Under the pieces are notes generated by a model. It had not been told where the DNA came from. It made no database searches and saw nothing but the letters and a program-made list of their open reading frames with translations. A stretch of DNA of 61,954 nt, filler included, from Ferroacidibacillus organovorans (GTDB lineage Bacteria; Bacillota; Bacilli; Alicyclobacillales; SLC66): NCBI RefSeq assembly GCF_001642725.1. It is 7 parts of 7 records of this genome, joined end to end, with 100 filler letters (N's around TTAATTAATTAA, not from the genome) between each part and the next. Parts side by side here need not be neighbours in the genome. Positions count along the whole stretch, not along the records: positions 40,135 to 49,530 come from NZ_LSUQ01000080.1; positions 49,631 to 58,606 come from NZ_LSUQ01000081.1; 5 more parts are not named here. One strand, 5' to 3'. A program made the position numbers and the translations under genes. Positions 40,555-51,017 of this stretch are shown here, one piece after another. Numbering within the stretch: position 1 is the first letter of the stretch; every line of letters begins with the position of its first letter.

Positions 40555-42006
40555 GTGAGTGCATTGGCAAATTCTCGCGACAAATTCAATCTGCCACGCG
40601 GCTTGACTCCACCGGGGAATCAGCCGCGCGGCACAACTGAAAACCACGCTTCCATACTACATACTGGCAATGCGACCGGTGTAAGCGTGACGGGGCTTGT
40701 TCTTATTGGGATCGGAGGGATTGTCGGCGCAGGTTATTTTTTGGGTGTCGGAATGGCGGTTTCAGAAGCTGGGCCGTCCATTCTACTCGGATTCGTATTG
40801 GGCGCGCTGCTTATGTCACAGGTGGTCGGCGCGATTACCTCGCTGTCTGTGAATCATCCGGTCGAAGGATCGTTTCGAACCTACGCGCAAGAAATGCTTG
40901 GACCGTTTATCGGCTACATGCAAGGCTGGCTCTACTGGTTGTCAAGTGTCTTGACCATCGGCAGTGAGGCGATTGCTATGGCAGTTTTTGCTCGCATGTG
41001 GCTTCCCGGCATGCCTATCTGGAGTTTATCTCTACTCTTTATTGTGCTTGTTCTTTTACTGAATGCGTTTGGTGTCAACGTCTTCGCTAAACTAGAAAGC
41101 GCCCTTGCGGGAGTGAAGCTCGTCGCGCTCATTGCATTTATTGTCATCGCTATCTTTCTCTTGATGCAGCCAAACGCGTTCCACCTCTCCTTGACGCATC
41201 TCCTTTCGCGCGGATTTTTTCCGCACGGCGTCCTGGGTTTGTTTCAGTCGATGCTTATCGTGGTTTTCGCGTATGCTGGTATCGGCGTAGTGGCGACCGC
41301 CATTACCCAGTTGAATCACGCAGAAGATGCTGGGCGCGCAAGCGGACTCATCGTCTTTGGGCTGGCTATCCTCTACATTCTGTCTCTCCTCGCGCTCTTG
41401 CTTTTACTCCCGTGGTGGAAAATCAGCACACAAACAGGTCCCTTCACATTGGCACTAAACATCCATCATCTTTTTGGTATCGCCAATTTGATGAACGGTG
41501 TGGTACTCGTCGCGGCGTTTACTGTGATGGGAGGCGCGCTATTTTCCGCCGTTTTGATTTTATCGAGCATGGCAAATGCGCGACAGGCGCCGTATTTCAT
41601 GAAAAAGACGCCAGGGCGGTTTGGTGGATTTCCGGCACTCTTGGTCTCTGTGGCGGGCGTTGTCCTGTCCATTCTCATCAGTTTCAAGCTTCCTGCCAGC
41701 GTCTACAATGATCTGATCAGCGCATCCTCTTTCTTTACGTTTTTTAACTGGGTGATCATCCTTCTCTCGTGGATGAGATACAAGCGTATTCATCGCGATG
41801 ATGTTCACTATCAATCTGCCTTCCTGAGATTTGGTGGGGTAACGCTTTTTGCAACCATCGTCGTCATCGTGGCGCTCGCCGGGTTTGCCTTAACAAACGC
41901 AGATCAACGGATGGGGGCGATTGCGGCAGCCCTTTTGTTCTTGCTCGTCGCAGTTTTCTATCCGTGGATACGCAAAAGAAGTCATCCTCATATGGAGCGG
42001 AGTTGA
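40555..42006 (+). CDS. Amino acid permease (APC superfamily)
   Basis: IGIGGIVGAGYFLG, AGPS, FAYAG; about 12 hydrophobic segments. Confidence 0.92.
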   Translation: MSALANSRDKFNLPRGLTPPGNQPRGTTENHASILHTGNATGVSVTGLVLIGIGGIVGAGYFLGVGMAVSEAGPSILLGFVLGALLMSQVVGAITSLSVNHPVEGSFRTYAQEMLGPFIGYMQGWLYWLSSVLTIGSEAIAMAVFARMWLPGMPIWSLSLLFIVLVLLLNAFGVNVFAKLESALAGVKLVALIAFIVIAIFLLMQPNAFHLSLTHLLSRGFFPHGVLGLFQSMLIVVFAYAGIGVVATAITQLNHAEDAGRASGLIVFGLAILYILSLLALLLLLPWWKISTQTGPFTLALNIHHLFGIANLMNGVVLVAAFTVMGGALFSAVLILSSMANARQAPYFMKKTPGRFGGFPALLVSVAGVVLSILISFKLPASVYNDLISASSFFTFFNWVIILLSWMRYKRIHRDDVHYQSAFLRFGGVTLFATIVVIVALAGFALTNADQRMGAIAAALLFLLVAVFYPWIRKRSHPHMERS

Positions 42007-42011
42007 AACGC

Positions 42012-43190
42012 ATGTCAACCAAAATGCCCCTGGCAATTGAAGTCAATCAAGAACGTCTGATTGCGTTGTTTTTAGAATTGATTCAAATTGACAGTCCATC
42101 AGGCGCAGAGCGCGCAATCGCAGATGTGCTCAAAAAAAAGCTGGAAGAGCGTGGATTTCAGGTTCGTGAAGATGATGCGGCTGCCAAACTCGCGCAAGAA
42201 TCTCCTGAGAAAAGACTGCCAAAAGGAACCGCAGGGAATCTGATCGCCACGCTAAAAGGGACGACGGAAGCACCGCATCTCTTATTTATGGCGCACATGG
42301 ACACCGTTGTTTCCAACCGAGGTGTCCGTCCGATTCGTGAACAGGGTGTAATCAAGACGGATGAAAAAACAATTCTCGGCGCGGACGATAAGGCGGGAGT
42401 CGCAGGCATTCTTGAAGCTTTTTCTGTCGTAAAAGAAAAAAATCTCCCGCACGGAGATGTTACTGTCGTCTTTTCGATTTGTGAGGAGTTAGGACTCTAT
42501 GGCGCAAAGTACCTTGATGTCGATTCGCTGCGCGTCGATTTTGGCTATGTTCTCGACAGCGGTGGACCGCCGGAAAAAGTGATTGGTGCGGCACCTTATG
42601 AAGTGGATTACCGAGTCACGGTACATGGTCGCGCGGCGCACAGTGGCGTGAACCCGGAAGATGGGATCAATGCGCTCGCAGCCGCGTGTTCTGCCGTTTC
42701 CCAATTCAAACAAGGGCGAATCGATAAGCACAGTACGCGTAACATCGGAATCTTTCGCGCAGGAGAGACCACCAATACGGTGTGTGATCGCGCACATCTG
42801 GAAGGTGAAGCGCGCAGTCTTGATAAAAAGCAGGTCGACGCGCTTGTTTCTGAAGTGCGGCAGGCGTTTGAGCATGTCTGCCCGACTTTTCACGCGACGT
42901 TTGATATGGATGTCGAAGAGGCGTATTCAGGTTTTCAACTCACAGAAAATGATGACGTCGTGCGCCACGCTTTCAAAGCACTAAAGCAAATCGGGCTCAC
43001 ACCTGTACTGGCCGAGCGTGGCGGCGGAAGCGACACAAACATTTTGAACGGGCGTGGCATTCCGGCCGTCAACCTCGGTGTAGGCGCGTCGCGCGATCAC
43101 ACTGTTTATGAGTCGGTACACGAGGCGCATCTCATTGCCGCAGCTCAGATGGTCTGCTCGATTTTAGCGAGTGTCCTTGACGAGAAATGA
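42012..43190 (+). CDS. M20/M25/M40 peptidase T-like metallohydrolase (YqjE-like)
   Basis: AHMDTV, LGADDKAG, EELGL, GRAAHSG and GGGSDTN. Confidence 0.92.
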   Translation: MSTKMPLAIEVNQERLIALFLELIQIDSPSGAERAIADVLKKKLEERGFQVREDDAAAKLAQESPEKRLPKGTAGNLIATLKGTTEAPHLLFMAHMDTVVSNRGVRPIREQGVIKTDEKTILGADDKAGVAGILEAFSVVKEKNLPHGDVTVVFSICEELGLYGAKYLDVDSLRVDFGYVLDSGGPPEKVIGAAPYEVDYRVTVHGRAAHSGVNPEDGINALAAACSAVSQFKQGRIDKHSTRNIGIFRAGETTNTVCDRAHLEGEARSLDKKQVDALVSEVRQAFEHVCPTFHATFDMDVEEAYSGFQLTENDDVVRHAFKALKQIGLTPVLAERGGGSDTNILNGRGIPAVNLGVGASRDHTVYESVHEAHLIAAAQMVCSILASVLDEK

Positions 43191-43340
43191 AATACAGTTC
43201 TTGCAAGGCATTCCGTCCTGTAACACATCGATCAGTCGGGCGTCACGGGAATTGGCGTGGGTGAGTTTTTCTATGATCTCCAACACATCGCGTGGCTTTC
43301 CTGAACAGATCCACTTATCTCTGTGATAAACTGCTTTCAT
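43164..43340 (-). CDS. Putative MciZ-like Z-ring inhibitor peptide
   Basis: RBS GGAGGG; MKAVYHRDKWICSGKPRDVLEIIEKL resembles the MciZ beta-beta-GK-helix pattern; adjacent to nudF as in Bacillus. Confidence 0.5.
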   Translation of the reverse strand: MKAVYHRDKWICSGKPRDVLEIIEKLTHANSRDARLIDVLQDGMPCKNCISFLVKDTR

Positions 43341-43402
43341 GAGCATCCCTCCAACAAATGGCTATGCACAAAGAGGGAATATGATGATGGAGGAACAACC
43401 AC

Positions 43403-43951
43403 GTGAGTGAATTTCACGAAGCACTCCTTCGCACAGAGCGTGTGTTTCACGGTAGAATGATCGCGCTTGATCAAGACTTCGTTCGTCTTCCAAACGGCAA
43501 GGAAACCACACGCGAAGTCGTCCGTCACCCTGGCGCTGTGTGCATCCTCCTGCAAGATGAGAGAGGGTGCCTGTGCCTGGTGCGTCAGTATCGTCACCCT
43601 GTTTTAAAAGAGTTGTATGAGTTGCCTGCCGGCAAACTCGAACGTTTCGAAGATCCGCAATCTGCCGCAGAGCGTGAGCTCTATGAAGAGACGGGGCGAT
43701 CGACGACAGCGCTTCGTCACGCGATGACGTTCTATACGACACCGGGCTTCTCCGATGAAGTGATGCATCTGTATGTAGCGACGTGCAATGAAACAAGTGA
43801 ATCGTTTGCTGGGCAGCATTTGGATGAAGACGAGTTTTTGGCAGTAACGTATCACACGCGGGATGAAGTGCAGTCGATGCTCACGCGCGGTGAGTTTGAG
43901 GATGCCAAAACGCTCATCGGCATACTGCTTTGGCTGGGAGGGAATGTGTAA
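43403..43951 (+). CDS. nudF: ADP-ribose pyrophosphatase (Nudix)
   Basis: REVVRHPGAV, QYRHP, Nudix box GKLE...AERELYEETG and DAKT. Confidence 0.93.
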   Translation: MSEFHEALLRTERVFHGRMIALDQDFVRLPNGKETTREVVRHPGAVCILLQDERGCLCLVRQYRHPVLKELYELPAGKLERFEDPQSAAERELYEETGRSTTALRHAMTFYTTPGFSDEVMHLYVATCNETSESFAGQHLDEDEFLAVTYHTRDEVQSMLTRGEFEDAKTLIGILLWLGGNV

Positions 43952-43952
43952 A

Positions 43953-45146
43953 TTGTCACATCAAGTACGCGAAGAACTCCCTAAGTCGTCATTCATTGTC
44001 GATTTTCATGTCCATATCGGCTTTGCAGATGGGAAACCGGTTAAAATCTCTGCCGGAAAGACGATGACGCTAGAAGCGGTGCTCGAAGGCGCGATACAAA
44101 AGGGGATTGACCTTGTTGGTATCACTGACGGCGTTACGGGTCCGGTCCGCACCGTATGGGAAAAACTCATTGCGCGCGGAGATCTCGCGCTGCTTGCAGG
44201 TGGGGGGTATCGCTATCGCGATGCGGTGACGATTGTTCCTGGTGCGGAGGTTGAACTGCGCGGTCCCCACGGCGGGGCGGCACACTTTGGACTCTTTGTA
44301 GGGAATTTGGACGCTGCGGCGTCGCTCTATGAGGAACTCGCGCATGATCAAACCAACCCGGATCTCAGCTCGCAGCGCCTGAATGTTAACTTTGAAACAA
44401 TGGCCGATTGGCTCGACGAAAGAAACGGCATCGTCATTATCAATCACGCGTTCACGCCGCACAAAGGTTTGTACGGCTCCTGCGTGACGCACGCGAGTGA
44501 AATGATCGATCTCTCCCGAGCGGCTGCGCTTGAACTTGGGCTATCTGCGGATACGGATATGGCTGATCGCGTTTCGGAGCTCCGTGCGACGACGTTTGTC
44601 ACTAACAGCGATGCGCACTCAACCCCCAAACTGGCGCGTGAATACCACGTGGCGAGAATGGATTTTCCCGACTTCGAAAATTATAAGCGGGTATTGCGGC
44701 GCGACGGAAGTTTTCAAATCACAGAGAATGTTGGAATGTGGCCGACGCTCGGGAAGTATCATCGCTCGTTTTGTCTCGCTTGTGGCGCGATTGCAACCAT
44801 TGATCAAGCTGTCTGTTCATCGTGTGGCAACAAAAAGTTTACACGCGGCGTGTATGAGCGGCTCCATGAAGTGGCCGATCAAGAGATCTCGTCTTCCCCC
44901 GATTACCGCCCCCCTTATCGTCACCACATACCGCTTGACATGATTCCAGGTATTGGTAAAAAGACGCGTGATCGCTTGCTTTCTTGTTTTGCGCAGGAAC
45001 TCTCGGTGATGCGCATGGCGACGATCGAAGAATTGACCGATTGCGTTGGACCTTTGCTCGCAAACCGAATTGATCTCGCGCGTCATGGACGTCTTGGCAT
45101 GGGCGTCGGGGCGGGCGGGGTTTATGGCAAAGTTCTTGCAGAGTAG
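43953..45146 (+). CDS. YqxK / endonuclease Q family PHP-domain protein
   Basis: DFHVHIG, HAFTP, ELGLSADT, NSDAHS, LGKYHR, CxxC...CxxC and GGVYGK; start approximate. Confidence 0.88.
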   Translation: MSHQVREELPKSSFIVDFHVHIGFADGKPVKISAGKTMTLEAVLEGAIQKGIDLVGITDGVTGPVRTVWEKLIARGDLALLAGGGYRYRDAVTIVPGAEVELRGPHGGAAHFGLFVGNLDAAASLYEELAHDQTNPDLSSQRLNVNFETMADWLDERNGIVIINHAFTPHKGLYGSCVTHASEMIDLSRAAALELGLSADTDMADRVSELRATTFVTNSDAHSTPKLAREYHVARMDFPDFENYKRVLRRDGSFQITENVGMWPTLGKYHRSFCLACGAIATIDQAVCSSCGNKKFTRGVYERLHEVADQEISSSPDYRPPYRHHIPLDMIPGIGKKTRDRLLSCFAQELSVMRMATIEELTDCVGPLLANRIDLARHGRLGMGVGAGGVYGKVLAE

Positions 45147-45201
45147 AAGGGGATGTTTAAAAATGGCATGGTGACATACCCTCATAAGGGGGGGATGGGC
45201 C

Positions 45202-45795
45202 GTGTCATTTAAACGCAAGAATAGCGGATTTCGACCGCGTATGGCGCTGCGGCCGATGATCCAGCGCGCGGCGCGCATTGCCTTGTTTTTCACCGTTCTC
45301 TATGCGGTGGGCATCGTTATAGGCGCAGTTCTTGGAGTGCTATACCCGAGTGTTGGGCAATCCATATCCTGGCTACCCCAGCGAAACATTTCCTATCGCT
45401 CACTCGTACTGCGAGATGCGCTGTTCGGTGAATCACTGATTCTGCTCCTATGGGCCATGGGGCAGAATGTGCTCGGTCCGCTGTTCGTCTGTCTTCTCCT
45501 ATTTTTACGGAGCGTCTCCCTTGGATTGGCATTAACGCTCGCGGTGTCCATGTATGGCGGTCGCGGCGTTCGCATGGATTTGCTTGATGTCCTTCCATGG
45601 AATATACTTTCATGTGGTGCCTATGTCCTTTCCGGAACGGCTGCATATCTTCTATCTCGCTATGTTTTTTCGGCTAAAGCTGGTCGTATGCAGATGCGTA
45701 TTTTTCTTTTGTACTGTATGGTTGACTTTTTTTCGGGAGGCGTCGTACTTACAGCCGCACTGCTCCAAGTTGTCCTTGATTTGCGCACAGGATAA
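45202..45795 (+). CDS. spoIIM: Stage II sporulation protein M-like membrane protein
   Basis: Hydrophobic, GIVIGA and LPWNI motifs; nudF-yqxK-spoIIM synteny; upstream CATACCCT resembles a SigE -10. Confidence 0.65.
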   Translation: MSFKRKNSGFRPRMALRPMIQRAARIALFFTVLYAVGIVIGAVLGVLYPSVGQSISWLPQRNISYRSLVLRDALFGESLILLLWAMGQNVLGPLFVCLLLFLRSVSLGLALTLAVSMYGGRGVRMDLLDVLPWNILSCGAYVLSGTAAYLLSRYVFSAKAGRMQMRIFLLYCMVDFFSGGVVLTAALLQVVLDLRTG

Positions 45796-45867
45796 GGAGT
45801 GGTGCTTCGCCGGTGCGTTCGCAAAGCCGCACAAGTTTCGTAGAGTCGTCACCTGAGGAGGTGTACT

Positions 45868-46224
45868 GTGCGAGAAAGCCGTCATTTCACGGTGATCAAT
45901 GAACCGTTCACGTGCATCGTTTGTAATACACAGGTTGCGCCACTGCGGACAGGCTGCCGCAATCACTGTCCCGCGTGTTTGCACAGTGTGCATGTCGATC
46001 GCTTTCCAGGTGATCGCCAGTCCGAATGCGGAGGATTGCTCGTTCCTGAGGAGATTGTACAGGATAGCAAAAAAGGGTTTATGATTGTGCATCGCTGTAA
46101 TACGTGTGGTGAACTGCGCACCAATAAAGCGGCGCTTGATGATCCAGCGCAACCTGATCACATGGATGCGATCTTGGATCTGATGAAAAACCGAGCGCTA
46201 ACTAAGCGCGGTCGGCAGGTATAA
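45868..46224 (+). CDS. RNHCP domain protein
   Basis: [28 protein letters not shown] and HRCNTCG; RBS GGAGGTG. Confidence 0.92.
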   Translation: MRESRHFTVINEPFTCIVCNTQVAPLRTGCRNHCPACLHSVHVDRFPGDRQSECGGLLVPEEIVQDSKKGFMIVHRCNTCGELRTNKAALDDPAQPDHMDAILDLMKNRALTKRGRQV

Positions 46225-46237
46225 AGGGGGAAATTCA

Positions 46238-47359
46238 GTGATTATCGGCGTTCCAAAAGAACTGAAGGATAACGAAAATCGCGTTGCCATGACACCGGGT
46301 GGCGCGCGCAGTTTTGTCGCGGCGGGACATCGCGTCATCGTTCAAACTGACGCAGGAAAAGGCAGCGGCTTCTCTGATGCAGACTACCAAAAAGCGGGCG
46401 CCTCCGTTTTCAGTGACGCGCGTGAAGTTTGGTCGCAAGCCGATATGGTGATGAAAGTCAAAGAGCCAATCGCCTCTGAATACACCTACTTTCGTGACGG
46501 CTTGATCCTTTTTACGTATTTACATCTCGCTCCTGAGCCCGAATTGACCAAAGCGTTACAGGCGTCTGGCGTCATCGCAATCGCCTATGAGACGATTCAA
46601 CTCACGGATCGCTCGCTTCCGCTGTTGACCCCGATGAGTGAAGTGGCCGGACGGATGGCCATCCAAATCGGCGCACAATTCCTCGAGCGGCAAAACGGTG
46701 GAAAAGGTATCCTGCTCGGAGGAGTTCCGGGCGTTTTGCCGGGACATGTCGTGATTATCGGCGGCGGAATTGTAGGCACGAACGCAGCGAAGATGGCACT
46801 TGGCACGGGTGCTATCGTGACGATTGTCGATGTCAATCCTGACCGTTTGCGCGCTCTGGACGATCTTTTCGCAGGGCGTGTCCAGACGCTTATGTCGAAT
46901 GAGTACAATATCGAGCAGGCGGTTTCACAAGCTGATCTTCTCGTTGGCGCAGTGTTGATTCCAGGATCGCGCGCACCGAAACTTGTGAAAGAAGAAATGG
47001 TGAAGAATATGACACCTGGAAGTGTCGTCGTTGACGTTGCGATTGATCAAGGTGGATCGATCGAGACGATCGACCGCGTGACGACACACAGCCATCCGAC
47101 CTATGAGAAATACGGTGTGGTACACTACGCAGTCGCCAATATGCCAGGTGCAGTTCCTCGCACCTCAACTTTAGCGTTGACGAACGTCACGATGCCCTAC
47201 GCGTTGCGCCTTGCCAATCACGGTTTCCATCAGGCGATTCTTGAGAGCGACGCGCTATCTAAAGGTGTGAATGTGTATGCCGGGCATGTGACTTATGAAG
47301 CGGTTGCGACAGGTCTTGGTATTCCGTATACACCGCTTGCATCTGCTCTCGCAAAATAA
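46238..47359 (+). CDS. ald: Alanine dehydrogenase
   Basis: [23 protein letters not shown] and [12 protein letters not shown]. Confidence 0.97.
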   Translation: MIIGVPKELKDNENRVAMTPGGARSFVAAGHRVIVQTDAGKGSGFSDADYQKAGASVFSDAREVWSQADMVMKVKEPIASEYTYFRDGLILFTYLHLAPEPELTKALQASGVIAIAYETIQLTDRSLPLLTPMSEVAGRMAIQIGAQFLERQNGGKGILLGGVPGVLPGHVVIIGGGIVGTNAAKMALGTGAIVTIVDVNPDRLRALDDLFAGRVQTLMSNEYNIEQAVSQADLLVGAVLIPGSRAPKLVKEEMVKNMTPGSVVVDVAIDQGGSIETIDRVTTHSHPTYEKYGVVHYAVANMPGAVPRTSTLALTNVTMPYALRLANHGFHQAILESDALSKGVNVYAGHVTYEAVATGLGIPYTPLASALAK

Positions 47360-47388
47360 ATCAAAACAGACGAATTTGATCCGTTGTG

Positions 47389-47415
47389 CTAGTCCCTCCT
47401 ACGGTCACATACAGT
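47389..47415 (+). promoter_or_regulatory. Putative SigE promoter
   Basis: CTAGT-N14-CATACAGT. Confidence 0.55.
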
Positions 47416-47434
47416 GGGACTGAAGGAGGGACCT

Positions 47435-47602
47435 ATGATGCAGATTCGTGCCATGGGTGCGATTACATTTGTGTTAATGACGTGGGGATTTTACCTTTTG
47501 TTTACACATGTCGATGCACAATTCATTCATGATGTCGCAGTTGTTTCGGGGGTATCACCGACCATTCGCCATTTGGCGGAATTGACGATTTCTGGCCCAT
47601 AA
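47435..47602 (+). CDS. Small membrane protein in the YqzK/DUF4227 position
   Basis: Strong RBS AAGGAGGG, one TM segment (FVLMTWGFYLLF), upstream of xerD. Confidence 0.55.
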   Translation: MMQIRAMGAITFVLMTWGFYLLFTHVDAQFIHDVAVVSGVSPTIRHLAELTISGP

Positions 47603-47613
47603 CGTGTAGGATC

Positions 47614-47637
47614 ATCCGCCACTCGGCGGATTTTTTT
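47614..47637 (+). terminator. Intrinsic terminator
   Basis: ATCCGCC-ACTC-GGCGGAT followed by a T tract. Confidence 0.8.
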
Positions 47638-47735
47638 CTTCACAAGGGTTTTTTGATGGATGTGTTGAACTAACTAGAATCGCAGTGTATTGTTCGACGA
47701 TCAAGCTAGGCAAGGCGGAGATGGATTGGGTGGCG

Positions 47736-48629
47736 ATGGATATGGATGCATGGCTCGATCAGTTTTTACAATATGTAGAAGTTGAGCGCGGTCTTTCTAA
47801 AAATACGCTTGACTCCTATCGTCGAGATCTTCTCACGTATCTCACGTTCTTGGAATCGCGCGGTTATACAGTAACGTCTCCTTACGAACATGGTTATATT
47901 CCCCAGTACGTGCAAGAACTGCGAGCCAAGGGGCGTGCGACGGCAACCGTCTCACGAAACCTTGCGAGCATTCGCTCCTTTTACAGTTTTCTCGTGCGCG
48001 AGCGAATCCTTCTATTCGATCCGTCACAACACATGGAGACGCCTCGCATGGAACGCAAACTTCCACGCGTACTCATCATGGAAGATGTGGATCGCTTGCT
48101 TGCCGTTCCGGACGCCGCGACCTCCAAAGGATTGCGTGATCGCGCCATGCTTGAACTGCTCTACGCCACGGGAATACGCGTCTCTGAACTGGTTTCGCTC
48201 AATGAACATGACGTGAATTTGACGGCATCCTTTTTACGCTGTATAGGAAAAGGATCAAAAGAGAGAATCATTCCGCTCGGGCACATGGCGCGTCAGGCAG
48301 TGCTCGATTATGTGACAAAAGCGCGCAGCAGTATGGTGCGCGATCCGCTTGACCCTTCACTCTTTGTCAATCATCTCGGCGTGCGCCTTTCTCGCCAAGG
48401 GTTTTGGAAGATTATAAAGAAGCACGCCAAAAAGGCGGGCATTGTGGCAGACATTACACCACACACCTTGCGACACTCTTTCGCGACACATCTTCTTGAG
48501 AATGGTGCAGACTTGCGCGCCGTACAGGAGATGCTAGGACATGCAGACATCTCGACAACGCAGGTGTACACCCACGTTACGAGAAGCCGTCTTCAGGATG
48601 TTTATCAAAAAGCTCACCCTCGCGCATAA
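47736..48629 (+). CDS. xerD: Chromosome dimer resolution tyrosine recombinase XerD/RipX
   Basis: LRDRAMLELLYATGIRVSEL, HTLRHSFATH, LGHADISTTQVY and HPRA end; upstream of deoB; start approximate. Confidence 0.95.
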   Translation: MDMDAWLDQFLQYVEVERGLSKNTLDSYRRDLLTYLTFLESRGYTVTSPYEHGYIPQYVQELRAKGRATATVSRNLASIRSFYSFLVRERILLFDPSQHMETPRMERKLPRVLIMEDVDRLLAVPDAATSKGLRDRAMLELLYATGIRVSELVSLNEHDVNLTASFLRCIGKGSKERIIPLGHMARQAVLDYVTKARSSMVRDPLDPSLFVNHLGVRLSRQGFWKIIKKHAKKAGIVADITPHTLRHSFATHLLENGADLRAVQEMLGHADISTTQVYTHVTRSRLQDVYQKAHPRA

Positions 48630-48644
48630 AGGGGAGAAAGAGGA

Positions 48645-49530
48645 ATGGCATTGAAAAAAAGAGTCATTTTAATCGTCCTTGATTCGGTTGGCATTGGACA
48701 CGCACCGGACGCGGCACTGTACCACGATGAAGCAGCCAATACGCTTGCGAATGTGGCTGAAGCGATGGGGGGGCTTAACGTCCCACACCTTGCATCTCTC
48801 GGTTTAGGAGAGATTTTCCCCCTTCGCGGCGTTGTCGCAGATCATGTTATTGGCGCATTCGGGCACATGATTCCACAATCGGCGGGGAAAGACACGACAA
48901 ACGGTCACATGGAGTTTGTCGGGGTCACGCTTTATGAACCGCTGCCCACCTATCCTGACGGCTTTCCTGCAGATATCGTGAATGAGTTTCAGATTAGAAC
49001 GGGGCGGGAGATTCTCGGGAATAAGCCGGCGAGTGGGACAGAAATTCTAAAAGAATTAGGCGATTTGCATGTGCAAACGGGGAAGCCAATTGTCTACACT
49101 TCGGCAGATAGCGTGTTTCAAATTGCTGCTCACGAGTCCGTAATCCCACTTTCTGAACTCTACGCCATGTGTGAAGTTGCGCGTGCCATACTCACAGGAC
49201 CGCATGCCGTCGGCCGCGTGATTGCACGACCGTTTACAGGTGAGTCCGGAAATTATACAAGAACTGCAAATCGACGGGATTTTTCCCGGGATTTTGGAGA
49301 AACACAACTTACAGACCTTGAAAAACATCGTATTCCGGTCTATGCGATCGGGAAAATCGAAGATATTTATGGTGGGCACGGAATCACCCAAGCTGTTCAT
49401 ACCAAGAACAATGAGGATGGTGTTGATCAAACACTTCGTATCATGCAGGGTGCAGCTTCACCATGTCTGATTTTTACAAACCTCGTCGATTTTGACATGC
49501 TATACGGTCACCGCAATGACCCACTCGGGT
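48645..49530 (+). CDS. deoB: Phosphopentomutase, truncated by contig end
   Basis: [30 protein letters not shown] and [11 protein letters not shown]. Confidence 0.96.
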
Positions 49531-49630
49531 NNNNNNNNNNNNNNNNNNNNNNNNNNNNNNNNNNNNNNNNNNNNTTAATTAATTAANNNNNNNNNNNNNN
49601 NNNNNNNNNNNNNNNNNNNNNNNNNNNNNN
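49531..49630. other. Artificial contig linker
   Basis: N-run + TTAATTAATTAA + N-run. Confidence 0.99.
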
Positions 49631-49832
49631 GAGCAATCGCACGCGCAACCATTTGTGCGCGGTCTTCGCCAGATGAAATCGAGAGTCCCGCCTTATGCGG
49701 AGGGATGGCCGCTGGTATAAACAATACGCGATCGAGTCCTACGGTCTCGCGCGCTACTTCTGCCATCACCAAATGGCCAATGTGCGGGGGATCAAACGTG
49801 CCGCCAAACATTCCGAGCCGCATCACGGTCAT
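49631..49832 (-). CDS. nadD: Nicotinate-nucleotide adenylyltransferase, N-terminal fragment
   Basis: GMFGGTFDPPHIGH and PPHK. Confidence 0.93.
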
Positions 49833-50122
49833 CTCGGCAACACAATCGTTTTGTGATCGACGGATTTGCGATATATCGTGATCGTCTTCCCGATCGTCTG
49901 CACGATCTCCGCTTTGGTCGAGCGAGCGATTTCTTCCGCCGCTTCCTTCACAGTCCACTCCGAATTTTTTAGCAGAGATAGTTTGATGAGTTCGCGCGCC
50001 TCAAGTGCAAGCCCAATCTGGTCGAGCATGTTCTCTGAGATGCCGCCTTTACCAATTTGGAAAATCGGCGTCAAATGGTGCGCCAGTCCGCGCAAATAGC
50101 GAGTCTGCGTTCCTGTAAGCAT
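49829..50122 (-). CDS. yhbY: RNA-binding protein YhbY (CRM domain)
   Basis: MLTGTQTRYLRGLAHHL, QIGKGG and ARELIK. Confidence 0.94.
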   Translation of the reverse strand: MLTGTQTRYLRGLAHHLTPIFQIGKGGISENMLDQIGLALEARELIKLSLLKNSEWTVKEAAEEIARSTKAEIVQTIGKTITIYRKSVDHKTIVLPR

Positions 50123-50135
50123 GTTGTTCCTCCTT

Positions 50136-51005
50136 TCATCGATTCATTCGTAGCGCTTCTTTCGCTGCAGCCATCATTCGATCGATGGGTGGCGTAACGC
50201 CAAACCATTGTTCGAACGCGAGCGCCCCCTGATACACGAGCATTCCGAGTCCCCCGTGGGTGTGCGCGCCGCGCATTTCTGCCTCAATCAGCAACACGGT
50301 CTGCGCAGGGCGATAGACGATATCGGATACCCAGTGGTGTGCGCGTATAAACTCAGGTGAAATCGGACTCTCGTTCCACTGTGCGCCTTCCATACCTACA
50401 GAGGTTGTATTGATTATCACATCTACCTCTTGCGCGCGCAGTTCATCAAGCGAACACGCCACAAGGTCGACCCGTTTCGCGAGATGCGCGAATGAAGCGC
50501 AAAGGCGCGCCGCCCGCTCACCGTTCCGATTGACCACAAAAACACGAGCACAAGTCGGTGTGTCTGTGAGCAGTGTATAGAGAATGGAGCGTGCCGCGCC
50601 GCCCGCGCCAAGGATAACCACGGTCTGTCCTGCGAGCGACGGCGCACCCGCGTCTTGATACGAGCGCAGCCAACCTTCACCATCCGTCGTATCCCCGACC
50701 AGACGCCCATCTCGCAGCGTAACCGTATTGACCGCGCCGACGGCGCGCGCGCGCGCGGTCAGATCATCGAGCAGCGGCAAAATCGCCTCTTTATGCGGTA
50801 TGGTTACGTTACAGCCGGCAACCGAAAGGGCGCGCAACCCACGAACTGCATCGGGCAGATCACGCGCAGTGACTTTACACGCTCCGTACCAGGCACTTAG
50901 AGAAAGCGCCGCATAGGCGGAGCGGTGCATCACAGGCGAGAGACTGTGCGCGATGGGGTCACCGATGACCATGAACATCCGTTCGATCGCACTCACGCCT
51001 TTCAC
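50136..51005 (-). CDS. aroE: Shikimate dehydrogenase
   Basis: HSLSPVMH, NVTIPHKE, GAGGAAR and GLGMLVYQG. Confidence 0.95.
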   Translation of the reverse strand: MKGVSAIERMFMVIGDPIAHSLSPVMHRSAYAALSLSAWYGACKVTARDLPDAVRGLRALSVAGCNVTIPHKEAILPLLDDLTARARAVGAVNTVTLRDGRLVGDTTDGEGWLRSYQDAGAPSLAGQTVVILGAGGAARSILYTLLTDTPTCARVFVVNRNGERAARLCASFAHLAKRVDLVACSLDELRAQEVDVIINTTSVGMEGAQWNESPISPEFIRAHHWVSDIVYRPAQTVLLIEAEMRGAHTHGGLGMLVYQGALAFEQWFGVTPPIDRMMAAAKEALRMNR

Positions 51006-51017
51006 TCGAAGCTTCCG

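Noticed and set aside
47736..48629. Tyrosine recombinase as a sign of a mobile element
   Set aside because: Housekeeping XerD/RipX sequence in the canonical xerD-deoB context
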